Below, piece by piece: positions 37,301 to 52,368 of a DNA stretch of 64,000 nucleotides; within the stretch, counting starts at the first letter, position 1, and every line of letters begins with the position of its first letter. The position numbers were made by a program, and so were the translations under genes. The stretch lies in contig CM075993.1 in NCBI GenBank assembly GCA_038087875.1, positions 1,178,001 through 1,242,000 of the forward strand, read 5' to 3'. The notes beneath the pieces were generated by a model that did not search any database, was not told where the DNA came from, and saw only the letters and a list, made by a program, of their open reading frames with translations. Origin of the DNA: Malacoraja senta (lineage: Eukaryota).

Positions 37301-40300
37301 TTGCAGTTTGATTAAGTGATTGGGAGAAAACCTGGCAAATTGAAATGAATGTGGGAGAATGCAGGGTCTGAAAGTGGCTCCTACCACATTGGTAGGAGGA
37401 ATCTAAAGGATGTTTATCATCTATATGAAGACTGAATGCAAATGAATAGTTCAGAGGGATCTCGCTGTTCAAGCACATGGATTACAAAGTTAGCAGGCAG
37501 CTCCAACAAGTAGTTATGGCAGCAAACAGCATGTTGGCCTTTATTGCTAAATGGTTGGATTCATGAATGGGGAAGCTTTATTCCAGTTGTGGGTAAAATG
37601 GGAAGGGGAAGGGAAAGGGGGAGGGGGGGGGGGATGAGAGTGTATGTAGAAGGGTAATGGAGCACAATGTCTAGGGTGGGATAGTGGAAGAAATGACTGA
37701 GGACTAGGTTAGCGTGGCACAGAAAAGAAAGGAGGAGTGGAGTGCATACTTAAAATTGGAGCATCTAATGTTCATATTGTTTGGTTTTGAGCTACCCAAG
37801 TGCTTGGTACTTACTTGCACTCCTCATCCAGTAGGTGGAGCAAAGCTGTAGGTTTCTTGATGATGAGATTAATGCAACCACTGTTGTCAATATAATCAAT
37901 ATTGTGCCAACTGATGCCTTCTGCTCTGTACTCCTCCTGTAGTACAAATGATTCAATTGAGATTAGAGAATGGCAAAATAACCACAGAATCCAAAATACT
38001 GGGAAATTATTCATCCAGGAACATTCAGGACATGAAATGGCATTCTATTTCACTTTTTCTTCCACAGGCTTTCCAAAGTATACCTTCAATGCTGGGAGAA
38101 CAGGTATTAATGTCTCCATTTAAGTGAGGTAATTTGCACAATTGGGAATATTCATGAATATTAATCAGAACATAATTTATGTTCATATTAACTTGCATAT
38201 AAAATCATGAGGGGAATAGATAGGGTGAATGCACAGAGTCTTTTGTGCATAGTAGGGAAATCAAGATCCAGAGGACATAGGTTTAAGGTGAGAGGGGAAT
38301 CCTGAAGGGGCAATCTTTTCCACAGAGAGGGTTGTGGGTATATGGAACGAGCTGCCAGACAAGGCAGTTGAGGCAGATACCATTACAGCATTTAAAAGAC
38401 ACTTGAACAGGTACATGGTTAATCAAGGTTTAGAGAGATATCGGCCATACGTGGGCAGGTGAGTTTGGAGTAGTTGGGCATCTTGGTTGTTATTGGCAAG
38501 TTGGGCCAAATGGGCCTGTTTCCATGCTGTATGACTCTATCTATGACTTGATGAAACACCAATTTTCACAACTTAATTGTAGAAACATAGAAACATAGAA
38601 AATAGGTGCAGGAGTAGGCCATTCGGCCCTTCGAGCCTGCACCGCCATTCAATATGATCATGGCTGATCATCCAACTCAGTATCCTGTACCTGCCTTCTC
38701 TCCATACCCCCTGTTTCAGAAGGTTTCAGATATCTGAAGACGTCACTTTACAATTCCAAAATATTGGCCGAATGGACTTTATTTTATTCTATTGACTATT
38801 TTAACACTCAGCAGCACTTTGTTCTGGAGGCAGTTTTTGGTTTTCTGCCAGCTGTCATTAAATGTGCCTCCCAATACTTGTAAGTAATAATTGTGCCCTA
38901 ATTTCCTATCTTAATTACAAATACACATTTGAATGGTTTGTGTCTCGAATGCCTCATGGTCTTGCCTCACCGTCTGTAGTCTAATTCTGAAATAATGTGC
39001 TACACAATCTCCTGACTCTGAGATTCACTTTTTCTTTAACCTTTACACCCAAGCTTAATTTTGCCTGGGTCCTAGATTCACACCAGCCCCAACACCACCA
39101 ACCAGTCATGGAATATTAAGTTTAGAACCACGGAAATTATAGGTTTGTTCTACAGACCATCATTACAAACGTTTTCTCCCTTTAAAACTCTTCACAAGAC
39201 TGACAGGCTCATTCACAGGGCGGAAGTAACAGAGATGGTAGGTGCACTGGTGGTCAAATTCCATTGATTCTAGGATGATATCCACACGTTGAAACGTAAC
39301 AAATGTAACCACACTATCTACGAGACGGAAGCTGAAAAAATCTATACACCAGTTAGCTGGCAGCAGTAGCTAGAAAAATAGTGGAGCGCATTATGAAGTA
39401 GTAATATGTCAATTACAAAATAGTGACAGATTTGCTTTAAGCCAACATGGATTTACAGAAAAGAAATCACATTTGACAAATTGGTAAAGATTGTTTTTTA
39501 GTTTGTAACTAACAGAATGGATAAGGGCAAATTAGTTGAGATATGCTTGATGGCCTTCAGTAAGGGACTATATTAAAAAAATTATCAAGCAGAATTTCTG
39601 TGCACTGATAGGGATGATATACTGGTGTGGATTGGAGATCGGTTCATAGACATGGGGCAAAGGGTAATTTTCAGTTTGAAGGCTGCAGACATTTGTGCTG
39701 AGACTCAGCTGTTCATCGTCTCTATCAATGATACGGATGAAGAGATCATGTGGAATATTTACAATGTCTGTGGATGAGCAAGGCGATAGTGTGAGTTAAG
39801 AACAGACAAAGTGAATGGGTGCAGACGCACAAATAGAAACAAATGTAGAAACATGTGAGAATTCACTTTTGGTTGGGAAAGAATAATTCAATAATTGATA
39901 TTTAAATGGAATGCGACTGAAAAGTGCTGGTACACAAATCACAAAATTAACATGCAGGGAAAACATGCAGCTAGGACCATAATGGTGTGTTGTCCTTATC
40001 TGCAAGTAGCTTTGAGTATCCTGATCCTTTATAAATAGTTCATATACCAGTACAGGGTGGAAAGGGGGAGTTAATAAAGTAGTATATTTGGTGTTCCAAT
40101 AGGCATTCAATGAGGTCCCACAGAAAAGGCTGCTGCATAAGAAAAATGCACCAGTTGGAATAATAAACTGGCATGGACAGCGTAGTGGTTAATGACAGGA
40201 AATGGTGTCAGGATAAATAGGTAATTTTTAGATTAACTATCAGTAACAAGTTAGACAAAAATGCTGGAGAAACTCAGCGGGTGAGGCAGCATCTATGGAG

Positions 40301-43300
40301 AGAAGGAATAGGCGACGTTTCGGGTCGAGACCCTTCTGAAGGTCTCGACCCGAAATGTCGCCTATTCCTTCTCTCCATAGATGCTGCCTCACCCGCTGAG
40401 TTTCTCCAGCATTTTTGTCTACCTTTGATAGATTAAGTAAGTGGGCAAGATTCACAGATGGAGTATAATGTGGGCACACATGAGTCTCTGGAAAGAACCA
40501 TATAATTATTTAAATGGAGTGGGACCACAAAATGTCGCAGTACAAAGGGATCTGAAGGTCCAAGTACGTGAGTCGTGAAAAGTGAGATGCAGTTATTCCA
40601 TGTAGCTAGAAAGGCTAATTAAATGCTGGCCCTTTTTGCAAAAGGTGTGCATGTCAAAGCACAACTTTTCTACCACTTTAAAGAGGGCCGGGGTGTCTAT
40701 ACTTGGAATTCTGCACACAGTTTTGGTCTCCATATTGGCATCTACTTCATGTGCATGTAGTCCTCCTAAATGCACAGTAGGCTGCCACCTGACACGATTC
40801 CTGTGATGAAGGGGGTGGCACATGAAGGAAGGTAGAGCAGCATAAACCCAACACTTATTTCAGTACGATAGAATGAGAGTTAAACTTAATTAAATAGACA
40901 TGATTCTGAAGTGGGGAGGGTCATCCAAGGTGCATACTGCGAGCATGTATTTCCCCTATTGCGAATACATGATTGCACCCCATCAACGACCACAGTGGCT
41001 GCAGAACGTACATCAACCATATGTCCAAAAGTACCTCCCAAACCACATATGTAGCTACACACAGAATTAGAACGCAGCCTGCATATTCCCCTCCAAATTT
41101 CACATCTCGCTGGCTTAGATATATATCTTTCATTGTCACTGGATCTACACCTTGAAAGTCCACCCCTATGGTACAATGGGTGTTCCCTTGTCACAGTGAT
41201 ACATGGCAGCTTACCATTACCTTTTCAAGGCCAAATGAGCTTGCTACCAATGGCAAGACACCAAAAATAAATTACAAATTAATAAATATATCAGTTACAT
41301 TGCTGCCTGGCAGCTCCAGCAATCTGGGTTTGGTCCTACTCTTCAGTATGATTACATGGAGTTTGCACATTTTCCTTGTGACCACATGGGTTTCCCTCAA
41401 ATGTTATGATTTCCTACCACATCCCATGAACATGCTCCTTTTTTTGCTCTAGATTCCAGCTTCTGCAGTCTCATGTCTCCAAGGTCATGCTTGTTGGCAG
41501 GTTGATTGACTACTGTAAATCACCACTTATGTGGTGGGCAGCAGCAGTATCAAGGTGGATTTGGTGGGCATGTGAGGAAGAGTGGTGTGCAGGCAAATAA
41601 GCGGGATCAAGGAATTGATGGAATTTCATTGAGAACTGCAACAGACTCAATGGCCCAAACTGCCTCCTCTTATGTGGTGAGAAGCGTGGGAATCCTTGTA
41701 TTCTGGCAAAATAACGTATGAGTAATTGAACCAAACCCAGCCCAACTGCAAGCTCCATTTGTTTGGCAATCATCACTAACTTTACATTATTCAAACGGGT
41801 GCAAGGAACTCTCCCAATAGTCGTTCCTCAACCAACTGCTTTGAAAAGCAGCTGTCATCAGACTGTTCTTTATTTGATTTTGTTAAAGCTCTAAAGGTGC
41901 ATCCACTGTGCTGTGGAGATGGAGTTTCAAGAAAGCATGTCCCACCAGATTCAGGAACAGCTTCTTCCCCCATTATTGTCACTCAATGGTTCTCCCATAA
42001 TCTAGAGTGGAGGCCCGATCGATCGTCCAACCTAACTCATGGCAGACCTTGCACTTTTTCTCTGTAACTATATAATGCAGTAACATTCTCTTCTGTAGTC
42101 TGGTATTCCTCTCTTTGTCTTCATGTTTACTTGTGTATGGCTGGATTGTATTCATGTATAGCATGATTTGACTGAATAGCTTGCAAAGCATTTCACTGTA
42201 TCTGGATGCATGTGACACCAATATGAAAGCCTTGTCCTCCCCTTTAACTTGCAGCATATAAAGAAGAGACCTATTTCTTAAGTACATAACATATAAATGC
42301 ACATGATTTTTTTGTTTGCCCTTCTATAAAGTTGCACAACTAAAACAGGGCTTGCATTGTTATTGACCCAACACGCCCCACCCCCATCACTCAGCAAATT
42401 TAGATGCAAGGGAGAGGCAGCTGTGACTATTCCTCCTTTACTGCTTAACTATGCAGTGTGTATATAATGAGCCAGTCTGCAGAGGGAGGGCATCACATGG
42501 TCACTGCTACCATATATGACCTCATCTAAAATTCAGTTTCATTCCTTTAGGTTCCAAAATGCTTGCCAAAGTGACATGGCCCGGCTCCAGCCAACAAAAC
42601 AACAGCAATGTAATGTGTTTTTATGTTCCAGCAAGCTCTCTTTAAGAAGAAAGTCTCATAGGGTTATTAATATGAAAGGCATTTGTAATATTTCCACGCT
42701 CTGGAATTTAGCATTTCCTGGAATTTATGAAGACAAAAAATTTAGAAATGCAAAGTATAAGTCGCAGACAAAAGCTGTTTATTCATCTGTCTGAAAACAT
42801 AAATGTGTCAATATTCAAAATCTCTTTCCAATAACACCATCATATAGCAAGTTGTTGAAATGTATTTAAACCAAAATATTGAACAGCTGGAAAGATTGAA
42901 TTTATAAGGAAATATAGTATTCAATGATAAATCTTGACCATTTAAGGAGACTGCCGTGTATTAATATTGCATTATTCCCTTGAGACATGTGGTGAAGGAT
43001 CGGGCAAGGCTGTTAAGTGGCTAAGCACCAATAGTGTTTGGGACACAGATGGCATAAAAGCTTTTAAACTATTTAAAATTGGTTCAAAACAAACAACCCA
43101 GGCAAGTGTGCAGACAGTACAGCAAGGCAGTTCTGGGCAACCAACATCTTTTATGTTCCCTCCCTTGAGAACATTCACACAGCCAAGTTTACATCTACTG
43201 CTACTTTGAACTGCTTTGCTTAAACATTTTTCAAAGCTTAAAGATAAAGCACAATCCTACTTGACTTCCGCACATCACACACAAAATCTGGAAATATGCT

Positions 43301-46300
43301 TCATTTTATCTTTTCTATGTCTCTCAATTAACCTAAAGTCAAGTGGCACTAAATTAAAAATTCATCAGTATTCAACATCCTTTGTTCACTGCTGTCAAGT
43401 GTTTCACAAATTAAGTAACAACTGCAAGATTATTATTCCACGAGAAAAATAACAAGTGCTCACCTTCACACAACATCAGATGTCTGCCTTTTTAAAATTA
43501 ATCCCACCAAACCTTCAAACCTATTGATCATGCCTGCCTCAAAATCCATTTCTAGTAAATTATTCCATAAATCTGATGTCCTTGGATTAAACCAATCTCA
43601 TTCATAGCGTCATTCTTGTATGTGTGGAATAATTCCGTTCAAGGCCATCTGCACTTACATCTTCATGTGCTGCTCTGAATTTGAATCTAATCCATTCCCC
43701 TCCCCATCTTAGCCTTTCCCCTCCCTCTCTCCCATTCATACTGCCACAAGGTTGCATTGCTTTTCATTTGGGTGTTGGCATCCTTGCCTTTATCAACTGG
43801 CCAAGAGGGTGAATAGAGAAGAGTGGACAAGAGCATGTGTGATTAAGTCGAGTGGGTAGAAAAAAACGCAAGGAAAAAGCAAAGAGAAAAATGTTCACCT
43901 GGAATATTTTTGAACAGATTGCACTGAAATTGAAATGCGCTTGTGGTTCAGCAACTGGTAATAAATAACAAGAACCACTTACATTTATCTTGTGTCATAA
44001 GACAACAAATTTTCCACAGGAGGACTCCCAGACAAAACTTTATAAGAGTTACAAAAAGCAGTAATGGGTGAAAGATCCAATAACAGTCAAGGTGACAAAC
44101 CAGGGACGTTATTAAAATGGATGAGACAAATGGGTCAGGGAATATAAATTCTAAAGTGTACTGCAATGGCCTGAGCAATAATAAGGAAATTGAGGATGTA
44201 CAACAGACCATAGAGTGGTACAGTGTGTAAACAGGCCCTTTGGCCCAACTTGCCCACACCAGCCAACATGTCCCAGCTACACTAGTCCCACCTGCCGGCG
44301 TTTGGTCCATATCCCTCCAAACCTGTCCTATCCATGTACCCGTCTAACTGTTTCTTAAATGTTGGGATAGTCCCAGCATCAACTACCTCCTCTGACAGCT
44401 TGTTCCATACACCCACCACCCTTTGTCTGAAAATACTGAGGAACATACGTCCATATAATGAGGAACAGAAAAGCCTGGAGGAAATTGCAAACAGAGGAAG
44501 AAAGCAACACTTTGACTTAAACAGAAGCCAAAGAGTTTGAAATTCACATTGTTGATGGGTCGGTTGTGCATGTAGGTTAGAAATTACAGAAAGGAAATAT
44601 TCACAACTGTGTCCTTGCAGCTTTGAGATGAATCCATTTGGAGGATTATAAACTGGGTCATCTTATTAGTTATGCACTAAATATATCACTTCTCACTTCC
44701 TCATGAATGTTGATCTTGAAATTTTTAAATTACAACATACAAAGAGAACATCCCTTGAGTGCAATGATGGATCACTTCATTGGTTTGGGGTTTTTTTTGG
44801 GAGAGAAATGAAAAAGCTAGTAATAGTGGAAACAAGCATCTTACATTCTTTAAAGTACATCATTCTGATACAGTAACTGCTACTGCTACACATGTGCAAA
44901 TCCATACTGAGTAAAGCAATAAACAACTTGGAATTTTAACTGCAGATGCTGTCGAGCGTAGGTGGGCTGATATATGTCGGGAATTCAGTCTGGCACTTTC
45001 TTGGCTTCTGGCTCAGTACTGAACTGATAAATCAATTGTCAACTGACATCATGGTAGATGTGTGATGAGGGAAATCAATATGTCCAGGCCATCATGCAAA
45101 GAAAATGGCTTATCCTACACTGTGATATTAATACACGCTTCCACATTCTATGCTTCAAGATCAAAACAGCACTGTTAATAAGGGTGGACATGTGGTCTAA
45201 ATATGCATATCTTGTCTGTACATCTTCACACCCTTCGATGTACAAATAGATAGGCACAAAATGCCAGACTAACTCAGCAAGACAGGCAGCATCTCCGGAG
45301 AGAAGGAATGGGTGACGTTTCGGGTTGAGGCCCTATGTACAAGTATCTTTATTGTTAATTCACAAGATGGATGTTGCTGGAAATGTCAACATTTATTATC
45401 CACAGTGCTATTATTTATGGACCAAAAGACGCTGGCACGCATATCATTCCTTGCTGTTGGTGTCTATGGCGAATTGTTGTCCTATAAGCTGCTTACCTAT
45501 TTAAGGGCCTGACCAGTTTAGTTTAGTTTATTATCTTGTGTTAGTTTATTAACAGTTTGGTTTAGTTTGTCATGTGTACCGAGGTACAGTGAAATAATAC
45601 TTTAAAAATCCTTTTGGGATATTAAAAATGCTAAAAATTCAAAAATCTAGTTTTTTACTTTTAAGATTAGCTTATCTTGGCATGTTTGACACTAACACTG
45701 TGGGCAAGAAGGGCTGTGCTGTCCTGTTCTAGGTTCTATATCATCGTCTTGAAACATTAACTACTCTCCCCATAAATGCTGCCCAACCTGCTGATTATCG
45801 CAAGCATTTTCAAAGCTTTTATTCATGAATTAATTGCTGGGAGATGCAAATATCTGTTTTCCAGTTTTTGTCTCAGTGAAATTAATCTTATTTTCCTCTC
45901 CATGCTTCTCCTGACAGGGTAAAATTGTAATATCCCTGGAGAAATGTTCACTTTTTGTTTTATGAATACATTGCGCAAAACTTTGCCAGGAAATAGAAGT
46001 CAAAAGTTCCTCTGAGACGGTTTCAATTATGAACAAGGAACATGAAAGAACGCCCGAAAGAGTGGTTAATAATTAGCTGCAGTTTAAATTTGAGAGCTGT
46101 AGCATTGTCTGCTTTATAATCTAATTGAAGGAGAGTATGACTGTACCTCATGCAATGCTGCCTGATGAATGAATTCATTCAGATTGACTCGCAGGGCATG
46201 CCTACAATGCAGGAGCAGCTGACCAAGAATAGACAGAAGACTTTCTGTAATATTTGAATGCAAAAAATGCAGCTTATTGAACAACAAAACAAAGAACCTG

Positions 46301-49300
46301 AAATGTCAGCTGCTCCTTCATGGAACACTTCATGTGACACTATCTTCGGGTATGCAACAAGAAACAAAAAATATCACTTTGTGTGTGACCGTAGAAGGAA
46401 CAGAACATTGAAGAAAAACATTATTGTTCGAATTGTTGGCACAGAGCCACGAGGATTGTGAACACTAGTATTAAATAGCTTCTAAAATAATCGTGTACCA
46501 ATATCCAGTTGTCACATTTTTCCTTAAAGTGGCACTTGGTAGAACAGCTTCAAAATGAAACAGTTGCAATGAAGCAAGAGTGGACAAAATTTAAATAAGA
46601 TATTGTCTCTTACCAAAGGAACAAGGATAGTATTTAAAAAAAATAATCAATCACATATAGTATAATTAATTATGAGAGGCATAAACAGGAGAGTCAGAAT
46701 CTTTTTCTAAGCATGGAAATGTCAAATACCAGAGGGCATAGCTTTAAGGTCAGAGGGGGAAACTTTAAAGGGGATGTGCGGAGCAAGTTTCCTTTTACAC
46801 AGAGAGTGGTAGGTGCCTGGAATGTATTGCCAGGGGTGGCGATGGAAGCAGATACGACAGTGGCATTTAAGAGGCTTTTAGATCAGCACATGATATGCAG
46901 AGTATGGAGGGCACAGATTACGTACAGGCAGAAAGAAGGAATTTGTTTCATTTGGTAACACGCTCTGCACATTGTGAACTGATGGGCCTGTTCCTGTGTA
47001 GGAAGGAACTGCAGATGCTGGTTTACACCGAAGATAGACACACAAAATGCTAGAATAACTCAGCGGAACAGGCAACATCTCTGGATAGAAGGAAAAGGTG
47101 ATGTTTCGTGTCGAGACCCTTCTGAGGGGTCTCGACCCAAAACATCACCCATTCCTTTTGTCTAGAGATGCTGCCTGTTCCGCTGAGTTATTCCAGCATT
47201 GCGTGTCTATCTTTGGCCTGTTCCTGTGCTTTACTGTCCCACATTCTATATTGTGAGAAATAGGACCGATCCAAGTACCTATCAAGAAAAGGTGGTGAAA
47301 TTCATAATTCTGTTAACTGCAGACTGAGAACTAAATTAATTCATGCATCTGCACAACATTATTTTAAAAGATGGTGATGATGATGACACAACTTGCCGAA
47401 GGCTGACCACCCACACAGTATTCCTATTAGTCATTTGTGGGATGTGGATGCCTGTGGGCAAATATTGCCCACTTCAATCTGCCCTCTGAAATAACCTAAC
47501 GGTTAAGAGTAAACCATATTGTAGTGGGTCTCGAGTCACATGAATGAAACCAAGAATAGGCCATTTTGATGTCTCTAACATCTCTCACAATCTTCTGCAG
47601 ATGCACCATAGAAAGCATACTATCAGGATACATCACAGCTTGGTTTGGGAACAGCTCTGCCCAAAACCACAAGAGAAATTGCAGAGTTGTGGATGTAGCC
47701 CAGTCCATCACATAGACCAGACTTCCCACCATCGACTCCATCTACACTTCACATTGCCTCGGGCGAGCAGCAATATAATCAACTATCTTTTCTCTCTAAT
47801 CCCCATTGCTGCCAGGCAGAAGATACAAAAGCAGACTCAGGAACGGCTTCTCCCACTCAGTTATCGGACCTGAATGTTCTCCCACAAGTTAGGATGTAGT
47901 GCTAATCTTCCAACCTACCTCTTTGCAGACATTGGGTCTTTTCTCTGGAACTGTAATGCTACATTGCTGTAAATTATATTCTCTTTGTTCAGCGCATGGC
48001 TTTGTGTATTCATGTATAGTATGATGTGATTTAATTGGATAGCACACAGCCTAAAGCTTTTCACCATATCTCGGTACACATGACATTAATAAACAAATAC
48101 CAATACCATATGCACATTCTGCTATGCAATAAATCATTCTTTGATTCCTCAAAGGTCATAGAATCCATCTCTGCCTTAAATATAGGTTGCAACTGAGCAT
48201 TCACAGACCTCTTGGGTGGAGAATTCCAAACATTTACAACATTCTGGACAAAGCTGTCTCTTCTCATCTCAGACCCTAAAGGTAGAGCCCATGTTTTGTT
48301 TGAGACTGACACCATAGGTTCTGGACACCACATCCATGGGAAACATCATGGTAACATTTTGTGAACTTTAAATTAATACATTCAAATAATTCATTCTGGG
48401 TCTAAGAGAAGTGAGACCAAACTTTGAAGAGGACACAAATATAGGGGACATTAAATAGCATTAAATAGCTTTGAAAAGTAAATTTAGCTGTAAAATTGTG
48501 AAATGATTAGATATGTGGAGGGGAACAATTAGGGTAACGGAGGATGGTGTGGGGTGGAGGGTTAGGATTAGTACTACAGATTTCACAATGAGTAAAACCA
48601 TACTGTGGCAATCCTACCCACCTCATCAATGTTGATGGCCTCATAGAATTATGCAGAAAATAATGGGCCTGTCCGACTTAGGCGACTCTTTAGGCGACTG
48701 CCAGGGACTAGTTTTAATGGAAACCACCTGGCGACAACCTACTACAGCACGTACGACAATAACTAGGCCCAGCAAAAATTGTGGCCACTGACGCCCACAA
48801 TTTTTCAACATGTTGAAAATTTTGCGGCAGTCACCTGTAGTCGCCCCAAAAAATGGCCTAAGTGGGACAGGCCCATAAGACTAAAATACCACCAAATCTA
48901 ACTGGAAATCTTGCCTAGGATGATGCAATGTTGAGTTTCTCATTCAGGGGATAAGAATTGTGAAATGATTAGATAATCATGAACTCAATTTTACCTGCTC
49001 TATTTTGAAGATATGTTGATTGAAGTAGTGCTGAAGTCGCTCATTTGCAAAGTTAATACAGAACTGTTCAAAGCTGTTATTCTCATAGTCCTCAAAGCCA
49101 AAGATATCCAATACACCAATGGAGAGAATCTACAAAAACAAAAGTTGCATTTACTTTACTGACAACTTACTTCTAATAGCAATTCAGATGAAGAATCTCA
49201 GATCTGAAAAATTAACCCTGTTTTTCTTTCCACAGATGCTGCTGCACAGCTGAGTGCTTCCTCCATTTTCTGTTTATATTTAGATTCCAGATTGTGCAGG

Positions 49301-52300
49301 CTTTTGATTTACATTGAAACTAGGAATGAAATTATCCAATTTAGTTTAGAGATACAGCGCGGAAACAGGCCCTTTCGACCCACCGGGTCCACGCCGACCA
49401 GCGATCCCCGCATATTAGCACATTAACTCACTAGGGACATTTTTTACTTTTACCAAGCCAATTAACTGAAGACCTATGTTGATGAACAGCATTTGCACCA
49501 TACTTCAATAGGACTAACAATGTGGCAGTAACACAAATAAACTATTAGTAACAGGCCATTTTTTTTTAGAATATAAATGTTAAAATATATGATATCACTT
49601 CAGACCGAGAATCTGTTCCTTTACTGGCTTATCTTAAATGTTTTACATTTGGGTTAGGAGAGCTGAAATAAAAATAGAAAAGTGTTTCTGCAGCTGGATC
49701 TTGTTCAACAGCTTGCAACCATACTTCAATGGGGCAGCAAAGTGGTGGAGGAGACAGGAAAAACTGCAGGTGGTCTTCAGCAATACCACTGCAATATGTA
49801 ATGGACAAATGCAATTGCTGTATAGTATTCATGATGCCCAAAACTCCACGACCATATCATCATTGAGAATACAAACACTTACATTTAGTGAAGAAATTAA
49901 TGCGGAGGCATCTAAATGTCAAACCGCCTCTTGAAAACTAATCTAACAAAAAGCCGCTGTGACTCACCTTATGCTCTTCCAGATCTCGATTGTTAAGAAG
50001 AGCATGGTTAATTCGGAATACAATCCAGTCAAAAAGGGCATCGTACAAAGACTTTGCCATAGAGTCTCGTACAGTTATTGCCTGCAATACAAATAAACTA
50101 TTAGTAATCAGCCATTTTTAGAGCATAAGTTTAAAATATGAGAGCACTTCAGATCCCACGAAATGTTCATTTACTAGCTTACTTTAAAATCTTCATATTC
50201 GGGTTAGGAGAGCTGAAATTAAAACAGAAAATTGCTTCTGCAGCTAGATTGTTCAACAGCTTATAAACATCAGCTGTTAAACTGACAATTAATCAGACTC
50301 TTTAAGGGCTTTGAAGTAATTAGTTTTCTTTAGAAAATACTCCCTTATGACTAAGCAAGCATATTGACTGATCTATTTATTCAAACATCACTACTGACAC
50401 ATTCGAAGGGATCAAACCAGAGTAAAAATACTATGCATTCAGTTACACTCCAGGACAAGCACGAGGCTAATGACTCAATGCAGTCAGGTGCATTTGCCAC
50501 GTTGGCAGGATCTTCACCTTTGAGAAAAGACAGTGAATCATGACCAGGTTGACTGCTTTTACAGGTGATAAAAGACATGGCACTAATCACAGATGTCCTA
50601 TTATCTCAGCCAAAAGTTAAATAATTGTCATTCATGTTATTTCTCGTTCTCACATTATTTACTGTGCCACAGGCTGCCACTTCTGCCCAGAATCAGCACT
50701 TAACAGATTAACTGTGTAACTAGCGGCAACATTTTCTCCCAGAGGGAAGTCCGTATCTGGAATGAGCGGTCAGAGAAGTGGATGCAATTACAATTTTTAA
50801 AATGCTTCGGACAGATATATGGATAGGAAGTGTTTATAGGTCTATGGGTCAAATGTAGACAAATGGGACTACGTTGGCATGTATAAGGTGGGTCAAAGGG
50901 CCTGATTCTGTGCTGTACAGCTCTATGACTCCAGAGTATTATAGAAGTATTAGTGTAGAGAATCATTTCAAAATTTAAAAACATCCAGGTCTTCTATAAA
51001 GGTTTCTTCACAAATTTAATTAAAGTACCAGTAAATACAAAGCTACCCTTCGTCCCCTTGCTTTCTAACCATGCTGCAGATTTACTTGCCATTAAAAAGC
51101 AATAAACCAATAATAGCAAATTTACTGCCAATAAGAGAAAAAGAAAAATTGGGAATGCCAGAAATCTGAAGCTGCAAGTGTTGGAAATGTACACTTGGGG
51201 TCTCAGGACATGGAAAGAAAGATCTTTCTGTTTTACAGAAGTCTGCAGCCAAAATAATAACATCTTTCTCTTTCATTACTGGCATGCATTTCTCACTTTA
51301 TCTGCTTCCTCACTCTGGTTATTTTAAGGATTGTTTCCACAATTTTCCAGCAGATTTGTTCACATATTTTATCTGCTGAAAGAAAAAAATATTGAAACCT
51401 AGCTTCCTTCTGAAGTCCAAATAAATGCACAGCACTGACTCTCTAACACCTCTTATGCAAGCCATAAATATGTGATAAGAGTCCAAACTAATACAGGCCA
51501 GCCATGCTGCAGCAACAACAGCCAAGAATGCTGCCATTTTTCTTCAGCTGTTGCTCATCAAAGAGACTCACAAAATTCCAGATTAGAACTAATCAATATT
51601 TCCATTTACGTATTTCACATTCCAGGTTTTGTTACTCAAAACCTATCTTCCCAACATTTGTTACTCTCTCATTAATTTGCTGTACTTTCTGGTTAATTTG
51701 TGTATGAAGTGTTTGTAAATTGACACATGCAACCCGCTGAGTTAATGCCTGGAAAATAATGAAATTGATGATCATTGCACGGCAGAAAATTGACAAAGAG
51801 GAGGAATAAAGAAAGTTCCAGTAAAGGGCCTGTCAAACTGCGGCGACCTAATTTGCGAGTTTAGAAGAGTTTGCTCTCGACTCAAACTCGCAGTATGGTC
51901 GACACGTGGTCCCAGGAGGTCCTAGGAGGACACTGGAACTCTCCTTCATGCTGGGGGAACGTTCCCGCATACTCGCAGCCTCAGTTTGGTCGAGGAAATT
52001 TTTTCAGCATGCTGGGGTCGCCAGGCAGTCGAGGTAGCCGTAGGCAATCTCCTTTGCTGACCGGGCATAGTAATGGGCTCATTGGCGTTTTCAGAACCGA
52101 CCGGTAATGTTAAATGCCCACTAAACTTTATTAAAAGTAGTTTGGCTTCTTAAAAGTGTCTCCACTCCTTCTCCCCTCTTCTCTCCCCCTTCCCCCTCTC
52201 CGCGCTCTCTAAAGGACTTACCGTACACTGTGCCAGCCGTCTTTTACCTTCCTGTTCATCGCGGGGGTGCATTTCTGACAGCGCTCCCCCGCCTTCCCAG

Positions 52301-52315
52301 GCTCCCGCCTTTGCG

Positions 52316-52368
<53 letters not shown>

